From the NCBI RefSeq assembly GCF_009914755.1, contig NC_060936.1: a stretch of 64,000 nt of DNA. The stretch is one strand, 5' to 3'. Positions 41,201 through 55,345 of this stretch are shown piece by piece. Below the pieces are notes generated by a model. That model made no database searches. It worked only from the letters and a program-made list of their open reading frames with translations, and was not told the DNA's origin. How positions within the stretch are numbered: position 1 is the stretch's first letter; each line of letters starts with the position of its first letter. The stretch is from the human T2T-CHM13v2.0 reference genome, Homo sapiens. A program made the position numbers and the translations under genes.

Positions 41201-43661
41201 GGCCTTATGGACAGAAATGGAGAAAAAGGATTTGCCAAGTCAATGGCTGCACACCAGGTACTAGGAGATGTGTTAATTTTCTCAAGGAATGAAACCACAT
41301 CTGGTACAGCAGCTGCAATTAGAGTCACCACTTGATTAAGCTTACAGTAATCCACTGCCATTCTCCATGATCCATCTGTCTTCTGCATAGGCCACATGGG
41401 AGAATTGAATGGGGATGTGGTGGCAAGCACTGCCCCTGCATCTTTCACGTCCTTGATGGTGGCACTAATCTCCTCAGTACCTCCAGGTATGGGATATAGT
41501 TTTTGATTTACTATTTTTTAGAGGCAGCTCTAATGGCTTCCATTTGACCTTTCCCACCATAGTAGCCCTCACCCTACCAGTCAAGGAGCCAATGTGGTGG
41601 TTCTGCCAGCTGCTAAGTATGTCAGTGCCAATTATGCATTTTGGCACTGGGGAAATGACCACAGGATGAATCCAGTAATCCACTGGACCCACTGTAAGTC
41701 AGACCTGAGATAAAATTCCATTAATTATCTGACCTCCATAAGCCCCTGCTTTAACTGGAGGACCACAATGATGCTTTGGGTCTCCTGGGATCAATGTAAG
41801 CTCAGAACCAGTGTCCAGTAGTCCCTGAAATGTCTGGTCATTTCCCTTTCCCCAGTGCACAGTTACCCTGGTAAAAGGCCAGAGATCTCCTTGGGGAAGG
41901 ATGGGAGAAAGATTCACTGCGTAAATTGTCAGGAATGTAGTGGGGTCTTTCCTCAAGGGGACGAGGCCTCCCCTTCATTCAAGGGGTTCTTGGTCTGTAA
42001 ACTGGCTCAAGTCTAGAGATTGATTGAGGGGTTATAATTCTCTTTTTATTATTCAATTTAGTCTTTTGTTCCATTGACCTAGAAGTTTTTTGGTTATATA
42101 AATTAAGTAGGAATGCAGTAGGCTTCCTATCAGTTTCATCTCTAGGAACACTGTGATTAATTATCCAATGCTAGAGCTCTATACAAGTCGGACTCTTCTA
42201 ACTGCCACTTTGCCTCTGCTGTCCATTACGGTAGCTACGCCCACCTTGCCTTTGACAGTTGAGTGCCACCACTTGGCCCCTGCCAACTTAGGATCCAGTT
42301 ATTTCCATTGTATTTAAATTTTGTAGTTCAGTGACTAAGGTTCCCACCGTTAGATCTGACATACAGAGACGAGCAATTAGAGGGCTCTTCAAAGATACAA
42401 GTGCTGCCCTCACAAATCTGTTTCGCAAGGCATTGGTCAAGGGTATATCTTCTGGACCCTCCCAGCTGGGATGACTAGCTCTAAAGTGACTGATTCACTC
42501 TACCATCCCAATCTCCTTAGTCTTTGGATCCCTTCCTCTACATTAACCAAGGGAGATAAATCATTTCCAGCTCACTCACAGTGTGCCATCTTTTAATCCT
42601 TATTTCAACTAACCAAGCAAATAATCTATTAGAACCTTTTTTTTTTAACTCCCTGAGCTGCAACATTAAATGCAGAGTCCCTACTTAGTGGGCCCAAATC
42701 AAGAAATTCAGCCTGATCCAACTTTGCTCCTTCCATCATAATCTTATACCCTTAATATCCATCCTCATGCCTGTTCTCTAGGTTTCTGTTTATGTAAATT
42801 AGAGAACTCAAAACAGTTCTCTGAGTGTAGCATACCTCCTTATAGGTCACACCTTCAACCTCACCTCTAGGGGCCCACCAGTACTTTAGTGTAGTTATAC
42901 ATCTAGAAGCAAAGAGAGGTGTTTGGAGGGGCTCCTGAGAAGAGTCAACATTGTCTTACCTGGCAACTGCCTCAGAGGAGGCCATCACTGTTGCCTCACA
43001 TATCACAGGCTTTATTTCCTCAGACAAAGTTGGAAAGACTGATGGCAGCATGGACCAGGGAGGGTACGTTGCCCTCACTGGGTGTAGGGAAGCTGTTCCA
43101 ATCAATACCCTCACTTTAACTGTAGACACCTGGTGAGTCTGGTACATGCCTCTTTTGTTGTAGGTTAGCCAATTGTATGATAAGAGCTTGTGTCTGTTTT
43201 TCTACAATTTCAGCTCTTTCTCTATAGGAGATAACTGTCTCTCACTCAAGGCAATCTTAGCAGATTTCAGGCTCAGTATTTGCTTCAGAAGCCAGGAGAC
43301 AGAATCCCTGAGTTCATCATTTTCTTTTATCACTTTGTCCACTGAACTTAGGAGGAACCGACCAGTTTCATTATGTTCCTTGGTTCTCCACATATGGTCC
43401 AAGGTATCGTGTATAGAGTCCCTAAACTCCTTGCTTCTCACAAGTGGTGATTCAGGAGTGTCAAATGCATTTATTTTGCATAACTCTCTAAACAGTTCAT
43501 GCCAGGTACTATCAGTGTTCTTTATACTACTAGAAGTAGAGTCCTTAGCATTTGTGGGTCTAATCATATTAAGCAGCCAACTCCAGAAACCCCAAAATCA
43601 ATGAAAGAACTCCATCCTTAATATTCGGTTCTTCTAGACCCCCAATCCTGGTACCAAAATC
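38274..43661 (-). pseudogene. HERV-L internal unit 1: degenerate gag, protease (LLDTGS), RT (YTDD), RNase H, integrase, dUTPase
   Basis: ORF fragments 43202-43567 (gag), 41699-41956 (PR), 41026-41448 and 40913-41116 (RT), 39963-40175 (WFTDGS, RNase H), 39177-40003 (IN), 38875-39147 (dUTPase-like); many frameshifts. Confidence 0.92.
43639..43656 (-). promoter_or_regulatory. tRNA-Leu-type primer binding site of unit 1
   Basis: Minus strand TGGTACCAGGATTGGGG, 5 nt after LTR B. Confidence 0.75.
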
Positions 43662-44162
43662 TGAATTAGGGTTCTCTAAAGGGACAGAACTAATAAGATG
43701 GACACACACACATGCACACACACACGTATCCTATAAATTTGTAGATATAGTATATTTTTATATATATCTATAGTATAAAGAGTAGTTTATGAAATATTAA
43801 CACGATCACAAGATCCCACAATAGTCTATCTGCAAGCTTAGGAGCAAGGAAAGCTAGTCTGACACCCAAAAACAGAGGAACTTGGAGGCCGATGTTTCAG
43901 GGTAGGAAGCATCCAGCACAGGAAAAAGATGTAGGCTGGGAGGCTAAGGCTAAGCCTGTCTCTCCTTTTCACGTTTTTCTGCCTGCTTTATATTTGTTGG
44001 CAGCTGATTAGATTGTGCCCAGCAGATGAAGGGTGGATCTGCCTTCCCCAGCCCACTGACTCAAATGTTAATCTCTTTTGGCAACACCCTCACAGACACA
44101 CGCAGGATTAATACTTTGTGTCCTTCAATCCAATCAAGTGACATTTAGTATTAACCATCACA
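43662..44162 (-). mobile_element. MLT2A1-type LTR B (middle, shared LTR)
   Basis: TGTGATGG...CCCTAATTCA termini; intact TATAAA (43987-92). Confidence 0.88.
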
Positions 44163-47100
44163 AGTCTACCGCTTGTCAACCTGAACCCATATACATCTCC
44201 TAATATCATACGCAGCCTTCAAATAAAGAGGGTAATAAGGCCATACTTATGCCTAACATAATACAATTATCCTTTGTACAACCAGAAGCGCACCAATCCC
44301 CAAGCCAAATACTATTACATAAAGTTAACAATACTTAAATGTTGATAGGAAGTCAATAAATCTTATGTCACATGATGAAGGAAAAGGAAATAAAGACATT
44401 TTGTTTGTACAAGTGCATACATGCACAAACATGTTTTTAGCAAAAGAAGGAGGAAATACTCATGACAATTACAGTCCCCATTTCTGCAACTGGTCACATG
44501 GTAGTAGCTGGTATTGATGACTACCTTTTTCTACTACCCATTCTGTATTCTCTTTGCCTTCAGCAAGCACCTCATCTGGTAGTGGTTTTACTCCTGGTGG
44601 AGTGACCCCATCCTTCATTCCTGAGGGGTCTGGGCCATTTTTAGTGCTGCCTAGATTGGGCTGTTATAGTTTCCTGTTGACCTCAATCACAGGGCATGGT
44701 AATACTAACAGACGCCTTAATGGATCTCCTGTATTCCATGTATACTCTTCCTTACCTCCATTGTGGAACAGTAGACTGATTTCTTCTTGGCAGTCCGGGA
44801 CAGTCACCACAGCCAACACTAACTCCCTTGTTAGCCTGTTGACTTAAAGGTAGGAGGATCCCAAAGTATCCAGGTGGCAATCTTAAGTTCCAGTTTAATG
44901 GAATCATTTTGTCTCCTGGTGTGAGCGTTCCTCCCTCTGGAACTAAGACCTCTAGGCCAGCAGAACGTAATGTCGCAGGAACAGGAAGCAAAAATTTTGC
45001 AAGTGGATCCCTAGGGGTGAAGGTGAGTGGTACCACTTCCACTTCCACCCTCTGATTCGTGGACCCATGAATCCTGGCTATGGGAGAAACAGCACCATAT
45101 ATTGGACGCTGATTCAGAGCATACATGGCCTTCTGGAGAATTTTGCCCCAGACTTGCAAAGTATTGTCACCTAGTTGGCATTGTAATTGTGACTTCAAAA
45201 GGCCATTCCACCGTTCTGTAAATCCAGCTGCTTCAGGACAATGGGGAACATGGTAAGACCAGTGAATTCCATGAGCATGAGCCCACTGCTGCACTTACTC
45301 AGCCGTACAGTGAGTGCCTTGGTTAGAGTCAATGTTGTGTGGAATACCATGGCATTCTGTGAGTCCATGGATAGTAGTCTTGGCAGAAGCATTGTGTGCA
45401 GCATAGGCAAACCCATATCTTGAGTATATGTCTATTCCAGGGAGGAGAAACCTCTTCCCTTTCCATGATGGAAGAGGTCCAATATAATTAACCTGCCACC
45501 AGGTAGCTAGCTGATCACCCCGAGGAATGGCATGCCCGAGCGAGGGCTCAGTGTTGGTCTCTTCTGCTGGCAAATTGGGTACTCGGCATTAGCCATAGTC
45601 ACGTCAGCCTTGGTAAGTGGAAGTCCATGTTGCTGAGCCCAGGCATCACCTCCATTACTGCCACCATGGCTACTATGTTCATGAGCCCATTGGGCGATGA
45701 CACGGGTGGCTGCGGATAGAGGCCGAATGGTGTCCACAGAACGGGTCATCCTATGGACTTGATTATTAATATCCTCCTCTGCTGAGGTTACCCATTGGTG
45801 AGCATTCACAGGGGATACAAATGCCTTCACAGTTTTTGACCACTTAAAGAGGTCCATGCCCAGAGCTCTTCCCCAAATTTCTTTGTCACCAATTTTGTAA
45901 TGATGCTTCTTCCAAGTCCCTGACCATCCAACCAAACCATTGGCTACAGCTCATGAATCTATATAATCACACATCTAGCCATTTCTCTTTCTAAGCAAAG
46001 CACACAGCCTGATGCACTGCTCCAAGTTCTGCCCACTGAGAAGATGTTCCTTCACTGCTGTTCTTCAGGGATGTCCTAGAAAGGGACGGTAGTGCTGCAG
46101 CTGTGCACTTGCCGGTGGTGCCTGCATATGGTGCAGAACCATCTGTGAACCAGGACCTAGTCTTAATCTTCCACTGTCAAGTGATCACAGGGACTCCCCA
46201 TGAGGCCATTGGTGCAGGCTGGGGAAGACAAGGCAGGGTGTCAGAGGGGAGACACGGGCATTTGAGCCACTCCTCATGTAAATTACTTCTGCCGGCCGCA
46301 CCTGCTCGAACCCAATCACATATATACCACTTCCATTTGATTATGGAATGCTGCTGTGCATGACCCACTTTATGGCTAAGTGGGTCAGAAAGCACCCAGT
46401 TCATGATGGTCATCTCAGGTGACTTGATGACCCATAGTCAAATGTTCAGTTTCCACCAAAGCCCCTTTAACAGGCCAAGAGCTGTCTCTCAAAAGGAGAG
46501 TAGTTACCTGCAAAAGATGACAGGGCTTTGCTCCAAAGTCCTGGAGGCCTCCACCGTGATTCACCTATGGGGTCCTGCCAAAGGCTCTGACAGCATCCCT
46601 CTCTGCCCCTCACACCTCAAGCACCATTGAATCTGCTGGGTCCTATGGTCCAAGTGGCAGAACAGCTTGCCCAGTAGCACGGACCTGCTGCAGAGCCTTC
46701 TCCTGTTCTGGACCACACTCAAAACTGGCAGCCTTTCAGGTCACTTGATAAATGGGCTGGAGTAACACACCCACATGAGGAATGTGTTGCCTCCAACATC
46801 CAAATAGGTCCACTAGACGTTGTGCTTATTTCTTGGTTATAGAAAGGGCCAAAGGCAGCAACTAGTCTTTCACCTTAACAGGAATGTGTTGACAGGCCCC
46901 ACATCACTGGACCCCTAGAAATTTTACTGAGGTAGAAGATCCCTGAATTTGGTCAGATTTATTTCCCATCCTCTGGCACACAAATCTCTCACCAATAAGT
47001 CCAGTGTTTTTGCTACTTCTTGCTCACTTGATCAATCAGAATAATGTCATCAACGTAATGGAGCAGTGTGGTATCTTGCAGGAGCAAAAAGTGATCAAGG

Positions 47101-49760
47101 TCTCTCTGAATAAGATTATGACACAAAGCTGGAGAGTTGATACACCCCTGAGGTAAGACAGTAAAGGTATGTTGCTGTCTTTGCCCACTGAAGGCAAATT
47201 GCTTCTGGTGGGCCTTATGGACAGAAATGGAGAAAAAGGATTTGTCAAGTCAATGGCTGCACACCAGGTACTAGGAGATGTGTTAATTTTCTCAAGGAGT
47301 GAAACCACATCTGGTACAGCAGCTGCAGTTAGAGTCACCACTTGATTAAGCTTACAGTAATCCACTGCCATTCTCCATGATCCATCTGTCTTCTGCATAG
47401 GCCACATGGGAGAATTGAATGGGGATGTGGTGGCAAGCACCGCCCCTGCATCTTTCACGTCCTTGATGGTGGCACTAATCTCAGTACCTCCAGGTATGGG
47501 ATATAGTTTTTGATTTACTACTTTTTAGAGGCAGCTCTAATGGCTTCCATTTGACCTTTCCCACCATAGTAGCCCTCACCTTACCAGTCAAGGAGCCAAT
47601 GTGGTGGTTCTGCCAGCTGCTAAGTATGTCGATGCCAATTATGCATTTTGGCACTGGGGAAATGACCACAGGATGAATCCAGGAATCCACTGGATCCACT
47701 GTAAGTCAGACCTGAGACAAAATTCCATTAATTATCTGACCTCCATAAGCCTGTACTTTAACTGGAGGACCACAATGATGCTTTGGGTCTCCTGGGATCA
47801 GTGTAAGCTCAGAACCAGTGTCCAGTAGTCCCTGAAATGTCTGATCGTTTCCTTTTCCGCAATGCACAGTTACCCTGGTAAAAGGCCAGAGATCTCCTTG
47901 GGGAAGGATGGGAGAAAGATTCACTGCGTAAATTGTCAGGAATGTAGTGGGGTCTTTCCTCAAGGGGACGAGGCCTCCCCTTCATTCAAGGGGTTCTTGG
48001 TCTGTGAACTGGCTCAAGTCTGGAAATTGATTGAGGGGTCATCATTCTGTTTTTATTATTCAATTTAGTCTTTTGTCCATTTGACCTAGAAGCTTTCTGG
48101 TTGTATAAGTAGGAATGCAGTAGGCTTCCTATCAGTTTCATCTTTAGGAATATTGTGATTAATTAGCCAATGCCAGAGATCTATACAAGTCAGACTCTTC
48201 TGATTGCCACTTTGCCTCTGCTGTCCATTATGGTAGCTATGCCCACATTGCCTTTGACAGTTGAGTGCCACCACTTGGCCCCTGCCAACTTAGGATCCAG
48301 TTATTTCCATTGTATTTAAATTTTGTAGTTGAGTGACTGCAGTTCCCGCTGTTAGATCTGACATATAGAGTCGAGCAATTAGAGGGCTCTTCAGAGATTC
48401 AGGTGCTGCCCTCACAAATCTGTTTCGCAAGGCATTGGTCAAGGGTATATCTTCTGGACCCTCGCAGCTGGGATGACTAGCTCTAAAGTGACTGATTCAC
48501 TCTACCATCCCAATCTCCTTAGTCTTTGGATCCCTTCCTCTACATTAACCAAGGGAGATAAATCATTTCCAGCTCTCTCACAGTGTGCCATCTTTTAATC
48601 CTTATTTCAACTAACCAAGCAAATAACCTACTAGAACCTTTTTTAACTCCCTGAGCTGCAACATTAAATGCAGAGTCCCTACTTAGTGGGCCCAAATCAA
48701 GAAATTCAGCCTGATCCAACTTTGTTCCTTCCACCATAATCTCATACCCTTAATATCCATCCCCATGCCTGTTCTTCAGATTTCTGTATATTTGAATTAA
48801 AGAACTCAAAACAGTTCTCTGAGTGTAGCATACCTCCTTATAGGTCACACCTTCAACCTCACCTCTAGGGGCCCACCAGTACTTTAGTGTAGTTATACAT
48901 CTAGAAGCAAAGAGAGGTGTTTGGAGTGGCTCCTGAGAAGAATCAACATTGTCTTGCCTGGCAACTGCCTCAGGGGAAGCCATCACTCTTGCCTCACATA
49001 TCACAGGCTTTATTTCTTCAGACAAAGTTGGAAAGGCTGATGGCAGCATGGGTCAGGGAGTGGATGTTGCCACTACTGGGGATGGGGAAGCTGTTCTTTC
49101 TGGCAAAAAAGCTTCATCAGAATTTACAAACTCAGTGTCCCCAGCTTCATCAGGGTGCTTCTACACACCCCCATTCCAAGTTTCAGGGTCCCATTCTTTT
49201 CCAGTCAGTGCCCTCCCTTTAACAGTAGACACCTGGCAAGGCTGTGCATGTATCTTTCATTGCAGGTCAGACACTCGCATGATAAGAGCTTGTGTCTGTT
49301 TTTCCACAACTTCAGCGCTCTCTCTACAGGAGATAAGACTCTCATTCAGGGCAATCTTAGCAGTTTTGAGCCTCAGTATCTTCTTCTGAGGCTGAGAGAC
49401 AGAATCCTTGAGTTCATCATTTTCTTTCATCACTTTTTCCACTGCACTTAGGAGCAACTGACCAGCTTCATTATGTTCCTTGGTTCTCCACATATGGTCC
49501 AAGGTATTATGTATAGAGTCACTAAACTCCTTGCTTCCCACAAGCAGTGAATCAGGAGTGTCAAATGCATTTATTTTGCATAACCCTCTAAACAGTTCAC
49601 ACCAGGGACTATCAGTGTTCTCTATACTATTAGAATTAGAGTTTTTAACATTTTTGGGTCTAATCACATTAAGCAGCCAACTCCAGAAACCCCAAAACCA
49701 ATGAAAGAACTCCATCCTTAATATTCTGTTCCTCTGGACCCCATTCCTGGTACCAAAATC
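44163..49760 (-). pseudogene. HERV-L internal unit 2: degenerate gag, protease (LLDTGS), RT (YVDD), RNase H, integrase, dUTPase
   Basis: ORFs 49257-49898 (gag N-terminus), 47706-47963 (PR), 47036-47458 (RT), 45507-45935, 45295-45573 and 44752-45294 (RNase H, IN, dUTPase). Confidence 0.92.
49738..49755 (-). promoter_or_regulatory. tRNA-Leu-type primer binding site of unit 2
   Basis: Minus strand TGGTACCAGGAATGGGG, 5 nt after LTR C. Confidence 0.78.
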
Positions 49761-49794
49761 TGAATTAGGGTTCTCTAGGGGGACAGAGCTAATA

Positions 49795-49796
<2 letters not shown>

Positions 49797-49856
<60 letters not shown>

Positions 49857-50112
49857 ATATGTATATATACACATATGTTTCCTATATATAGTATTCATAT
49901 AATATATACTATATATAAACTAATAGGATATATATATTTTATATATTATATATGTATTAAACTAATAGGGTATATACATAAAATATATACTACATATAAA
50001 CTAATTGTATATATACTTTATATCCTACTATGTATATACAGTATATCTTAATTATATATAAATATTAAATATATGTAAAATACTTTATATATAGTGAATG
50101 TTTATATATATA
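49797..50112. repeat. (TA)n-(TG)n microsatellite and AT-rich expansion inside LTR C
   Basis: Directly visible; about 21 TA units, then TG units, then degenerate AACTAAT..TATA units. Confidence 0.92.
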
Positions 50113-50134
50113 AAGGGGAGTTTATTAAGTATTA

Positions 50135-50639
<505 letters not shown>

Positions 50640-51740
50640 TTATATTTTCTGGCAGCTGATTAGATTGTGCCCACCAGATGAAGGGTGGATCTGCCTTCCC
50701 CAGTCCACTGACTCAAATGTTAATCTCTTTTGGCAACATCCTCACAGGCCCACCCAGGGTTAATACTTTGTGTCCTTCAATCTAATCAAGTTGACACTCA
50801 GTATTAACCATCACACATATGTTGTAGTTTTGCAAAATGTGACAGCAAGGGAAAATATAGCTATTTAAAGAAACACAGTAATGCTATCATTTAGAAAATA
50901 AACTGATTGGAGTCCCTGGATCATAGCTTGGCTTCAACTCTCTCAAGTTTACAAGAGCGTTGTCTGGGAAAATTAATCAACAAGGTTAGAAATGAGTTCT
51001 GGGAAACTTGGCTCACTATAGTCCAGGAACCAGGCCGAACTACAGCATGGGCCAGGTACTGAATAAATGGCAGGAGTATAGTTAGGGCAGTAGGTGGCTC
51101 TAAATTTTCTCTTTTTGTTTCCCTGGTGTATGTCACAGCAGTTTTCTGTGGGGTGAAGTGAGTATCCTCAACCAAGGAGCTGGGCATGGAGAAAATGAGA
51201 GGAACCTCATTAATACATGGCAAGGATGACTTATTCTGGCTTTCTGTCCTGGTTGAAAAGATGAGACTGCAGAGATTTTTATGAAGATACTCCCAGTTTG
51301 TCTGTCTTTTGAGTCACACTGCTCCATTATGGCCATTTACCTTTTACATGTGGTACACAACCAGTGTTCTAGGATTTTTGTTCATAGTTCTCCTGGTAAC
51401 GATCCATTTATTTCTCCCTGTGCTGGACCTCCTGTTGCTTGTGTCTCGTGTTTTTCTCTTTATTTTCTCACGTACTGGTGGCACATATTCTCCATTGACT
51501 ATTTGAGAAAGGGTTTGTGGTAGTTAGAATTTTTTTTTAGTGCTTGCATGTAAGAAAGTTTTTTTATCCACAGGCTGATTGATAGCTTGGCTGAATACGA
51601 ACAGGACCTCTAGGTTAGAAATATCTTTCCTTTCGAATCTTGAAAACATTGCTTCACTGCCTTCAAATATTTAATCAGTTTTCCACCAAATTTACAATAG
51701 AATTATCATTTTATCCTGTAATTTTTTTGTTTGTTTGTAG

Positions 51741-51853
51741 GTGTTACAGTTCGAGTGCCTCAAACAACCACATATGTTGTAAACAATGGACTAACCCTGG
51801 GATCAACAGGACCTCAGCTCACAGTGCATCACCGACCACCACAAGTGCATACT
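51741..51853 (+). CDS. ATF7IP: ATF7IP penultimate exon (S-VTVRVPQTTTYVVNNG...RPPQVHT)
   Basis: tttgtAG acceptor, ACT|GTAAGT donor, 113 nt, phase 1-0. Confidence 0.95.
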
Positions 51854-53163
51854 GTAAGTGTTGATGCTTGGTTTTGCAAAATTCTCAACTGTAGAGGTAT
51901 AAAATATTATTGTATTTGGCATTTTTCTTTAAAATGGTTATATCCAAGGGAAGTGTTAGGTCTTCCTGCTTTTTCAGAAGTTTATTTCTAAAAATTGATC
52001 TTACCATTATGAACACATAGTTCCTAGGGATGATGATCATTTAGAATCATTGAGTTTGCTTGTGGTGTACAGTGTACAAAAACAGGTCCACAGTTGGGGT
52101 ATATGAAGTGAAATATAGACCATTTCTAATTCATAGTTAAATTAAAAAGGACATTTTTCATTTCTCCATGTGTTAATTTTATTCTTTCGTTCTAAACTAT
52201 GCCACATCTAACTGCTACATTGTCATCAATTAATTGTTCTAAAGAATCCAATGATATTGGGAATTCATTAGTTAAGAGGTAACAGAGATAACCAAAGATT
52301 TCTCCTTAGATTTAGCCTCCAAAACAATGTCACATTATCCTGTGACACAATTTTGTCAGTGTTTGACTGGTATGAAATATCATTATAATGATGATGATGT
52401 TCCAGTGTTAGAAAAGTCAATAGGACTTCCTAAAGTTAGAGTCATGTTTTTTCATCATCTGGCCTTAACCTACCTTTCCAGATTTTTCTTCATGTACCCT
52501 ATGTCCAAGAAAAAGTTAATACTTGTTCTTGTCCATACGTCCCCTCACTTTACTGTCCACATGCCTTTGCTCATGCTTTATTTTTGGCTGAAAGGTACAT
52601 GATTATTTCTGCATCTCTGGATCCTCCTTCACAGTTGAGTTTAAATATCACCTTTTTCTTGTAAATTGGCCAAGAATATAGTACACATTTAGTGTTAATG
52701 TGCTTATTTATAAATAACTTAAAAATGAAAGTATATTTGTATTCTCCAATTTTATATGATCTTGGTTGCCATACATGATATTTAAAAACGTTACATCATA
52801 CTGAAATGATAATCTGTAACATAGATAATTCAATCATAAATTATTTTGTTAGAAATAGATCATTACTTCCGTGTTCCTCAAAATGATGTTCCGTCAGCAG
52901 GGGCTTTTTATTTCCTAAGAAAAACTCAAAATATTTTAGGTCTAGGAAGTATAGTAGGAATAACCTCAGCATCATTGTTTGTAGCATGATTCATTACAAA
53001 ACCCCAAATAGAACTTGCCAAATTTGATATGGTATTTGGTATTTCCTAGAATTCTTGATATAAAATGATACTTCTACGTATGTTCTCTAAGGTGTTTTAA
53101 TTCTAACATTCTAAAATAGTTCTTTTTGCAATCATCATTAATCAGTGTGACCTGTTTCTTCAG

Positions 53164-53583
53164 GAGCCCCCACGCCCCGTGCACCCAGCACCCTTACCAG
53201 AAGCTCCACAACCACAGCGTCTGCCCCCAGAAGCTGCCAGCACATCTCTGCCTCAGAAGCCACACTTGAAGTTAGCACGCGTTCAGAGTCAAAATGGCAT
53301 AGTACTGTCATGGAGTGTCCTGGAGGTGGATCGAAGCTGTGCCACTGTTGATAGCTACCATCTCTATGCTTACCATGAGGAACCCAGTGCCACTGTGCCC
53401 TCACAATGGAAAAAGATTGGGGAAGTCAAGGCACTTCCCTTGCCCATGGCATGTACTCTCACCCAGTTTGTATCTGGTAGCAAATACTACTTTGCAGTAC
53501 GAGCCAAGGATATTTATGGACGTTTTGGGCCTTTCTGTGATCCTCAGTCAACAGATGTGATCTCTTCTACCCAGAGCAGTTAA
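53164..53583 (+). CDS. ATF7IP: ATF7IP last coding exon: C-terminal fibronectin type III domain (Domain 2)
   Basis: ttcttcAG acceptor; EPPRPVHP...[22 protein letters not shown]...[22 protein letters not shown]...TQSS* (TAA 53581-83). Confidence 0.97.
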   Translation, partial: EPPRPVHPAPLPEAPQPQRLPPEAASTSLPQKPHLKLARVQSQNGIVLSWSVLEVDRSCATVDSYHLYAYHEEPSATVPSQWKKIGEVKALPLPMACTLTQFVSGSKYYFAVRAKDIYGRFGPFCDPQSTDVISSTQSS

Positions 53584-54361
53584 ACCTTGGAGCCTTTATA
53601 TTTTCCTCTTTTAAAATTTCCACCTTTTGGTCTTGTTTTTAATCTTGTGCATGATACCCCATGTAAAATCCACCTTGTGCAAGATTTCTTGGACAGATGT
53701 GTGTATACACTACATTTGTTTATAACCAGAAGCAAAATAAACTCAGCCCACAAAGCTAGAATCTTTTCCTGGACAGTTTAGGCTTTGGGGTTTGGAAATG
53801 TAAATGTGTACCTTGCTTTAGTTTTGAGGCTGGGGAATATGTGTGGGTGTTTATGTGTGTTTTTCCTTATGTAGGTGTTATTGCATTGGAGTCTCCCATT
53901 TTCATTCTCAAATTTACCTCTTAAAGTACGAAGTAAGTAGATCAAAGGATTTGAGATGTGTAACTGGCATGATTCTGCTTTTGAAGGATCTATAGTATCA
54001 TTTTAGTTAAGTGGGTCAAACAGAATCAAAACAAAACCCAAAGAAATAAATAAAAAACAAAATGGCTAAATAGTTTAAAATAGGTTAATTCGAACACAGG
54101 AAAGGATCTATTTGTTGTTTCTTTTGTCTGGTCTCCTGAGTTGTTAATTAGGTGAAAAAAGATCTGCAATGGCCCCCTCCCTTTCCTAATCTGGCTTTTA
54201 CATTTATTTTGTGCCTTAAAGATTAACTACAAAGATAAACATGGCCAAAAATAAATAAATAAATATGGCCATATGTCCGTTGTTGCTTAGTCTTCCCTTG
54301 CAGCCTTTTACCCTTGATTTCTCCTTCATCTCTACCAAATATAGCACAACTCCTCAAGTAA

Positions 54362-54657
<296 letters not shown>

Positions 54658-55183
54658 ACTCAAGTGATTTTTAAACCAAGGTGTGTGTATGTACATGGAT
54701 GTGTATGTACACACACACACAGGTGCATGCATAGTCTCATCTTAGCCGGGCATGGTGGCGACAATCACATTTAACTCCAAAAATTTGACGTGCTATTTTC
54801 TTCTAAAACTATAGATGCTTTTATTTTTGGTCACTATTTAACTTTGTGTAAAGTGGACCAAGAGAAAACCATATTGTGGAAGACAGTTTTTCACACATTT
54901 TAGTATCCGTGTTGCACACTGTGTTAGAGATTATGAAAACCATTCTAGTTCAGTTTATCACCCAAAGCTATCACCCAACACTAACTCCTTAGTATTCTTT
55001 CAAAGGAAGCAAATAGTAAGATTACAATATAGAATGAGCTAAAATATCAAGGGGAAAGCTTCATTTCCTCTTTATTCTCTTTATCGTCCTTCCCATTTTA
55101 ACCTTTTAACTTTGTTTTGATGGTGCCAAGTTGAGTCTGATGTACCCATTGTTAGCTTTGGATAGAATTTAAAGTATATCCCA

Positions 55184-55345
<162 letters not shown>

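Noticed and set aside
38274-49760. Intact or domesticated pol, or a replication-competent HERV-L
   Set aside because: Both units are broken by multiple frameshifts and stops, including a shared RT frameshift; the longest pol-region ORF is 180 aa
49716-49898. N-terminal extension making a 213-aa ORF
   Set aside because: Runs through the (TA)n/(CA)n microsatellite (IYIYIY) and is open by low complexity
50836-51300. Unique-looking segment with minus-strand ORFs right of LTR C
   Set aside because: No recognisable homology, TSD or splice structure; cannot be supported without a search
53161-53166. CAGGAG tandem (NAGNAG) acceptor at the last exon
   Set aside because: GAG is a poor acceptor; no evidence of use from sequence alone
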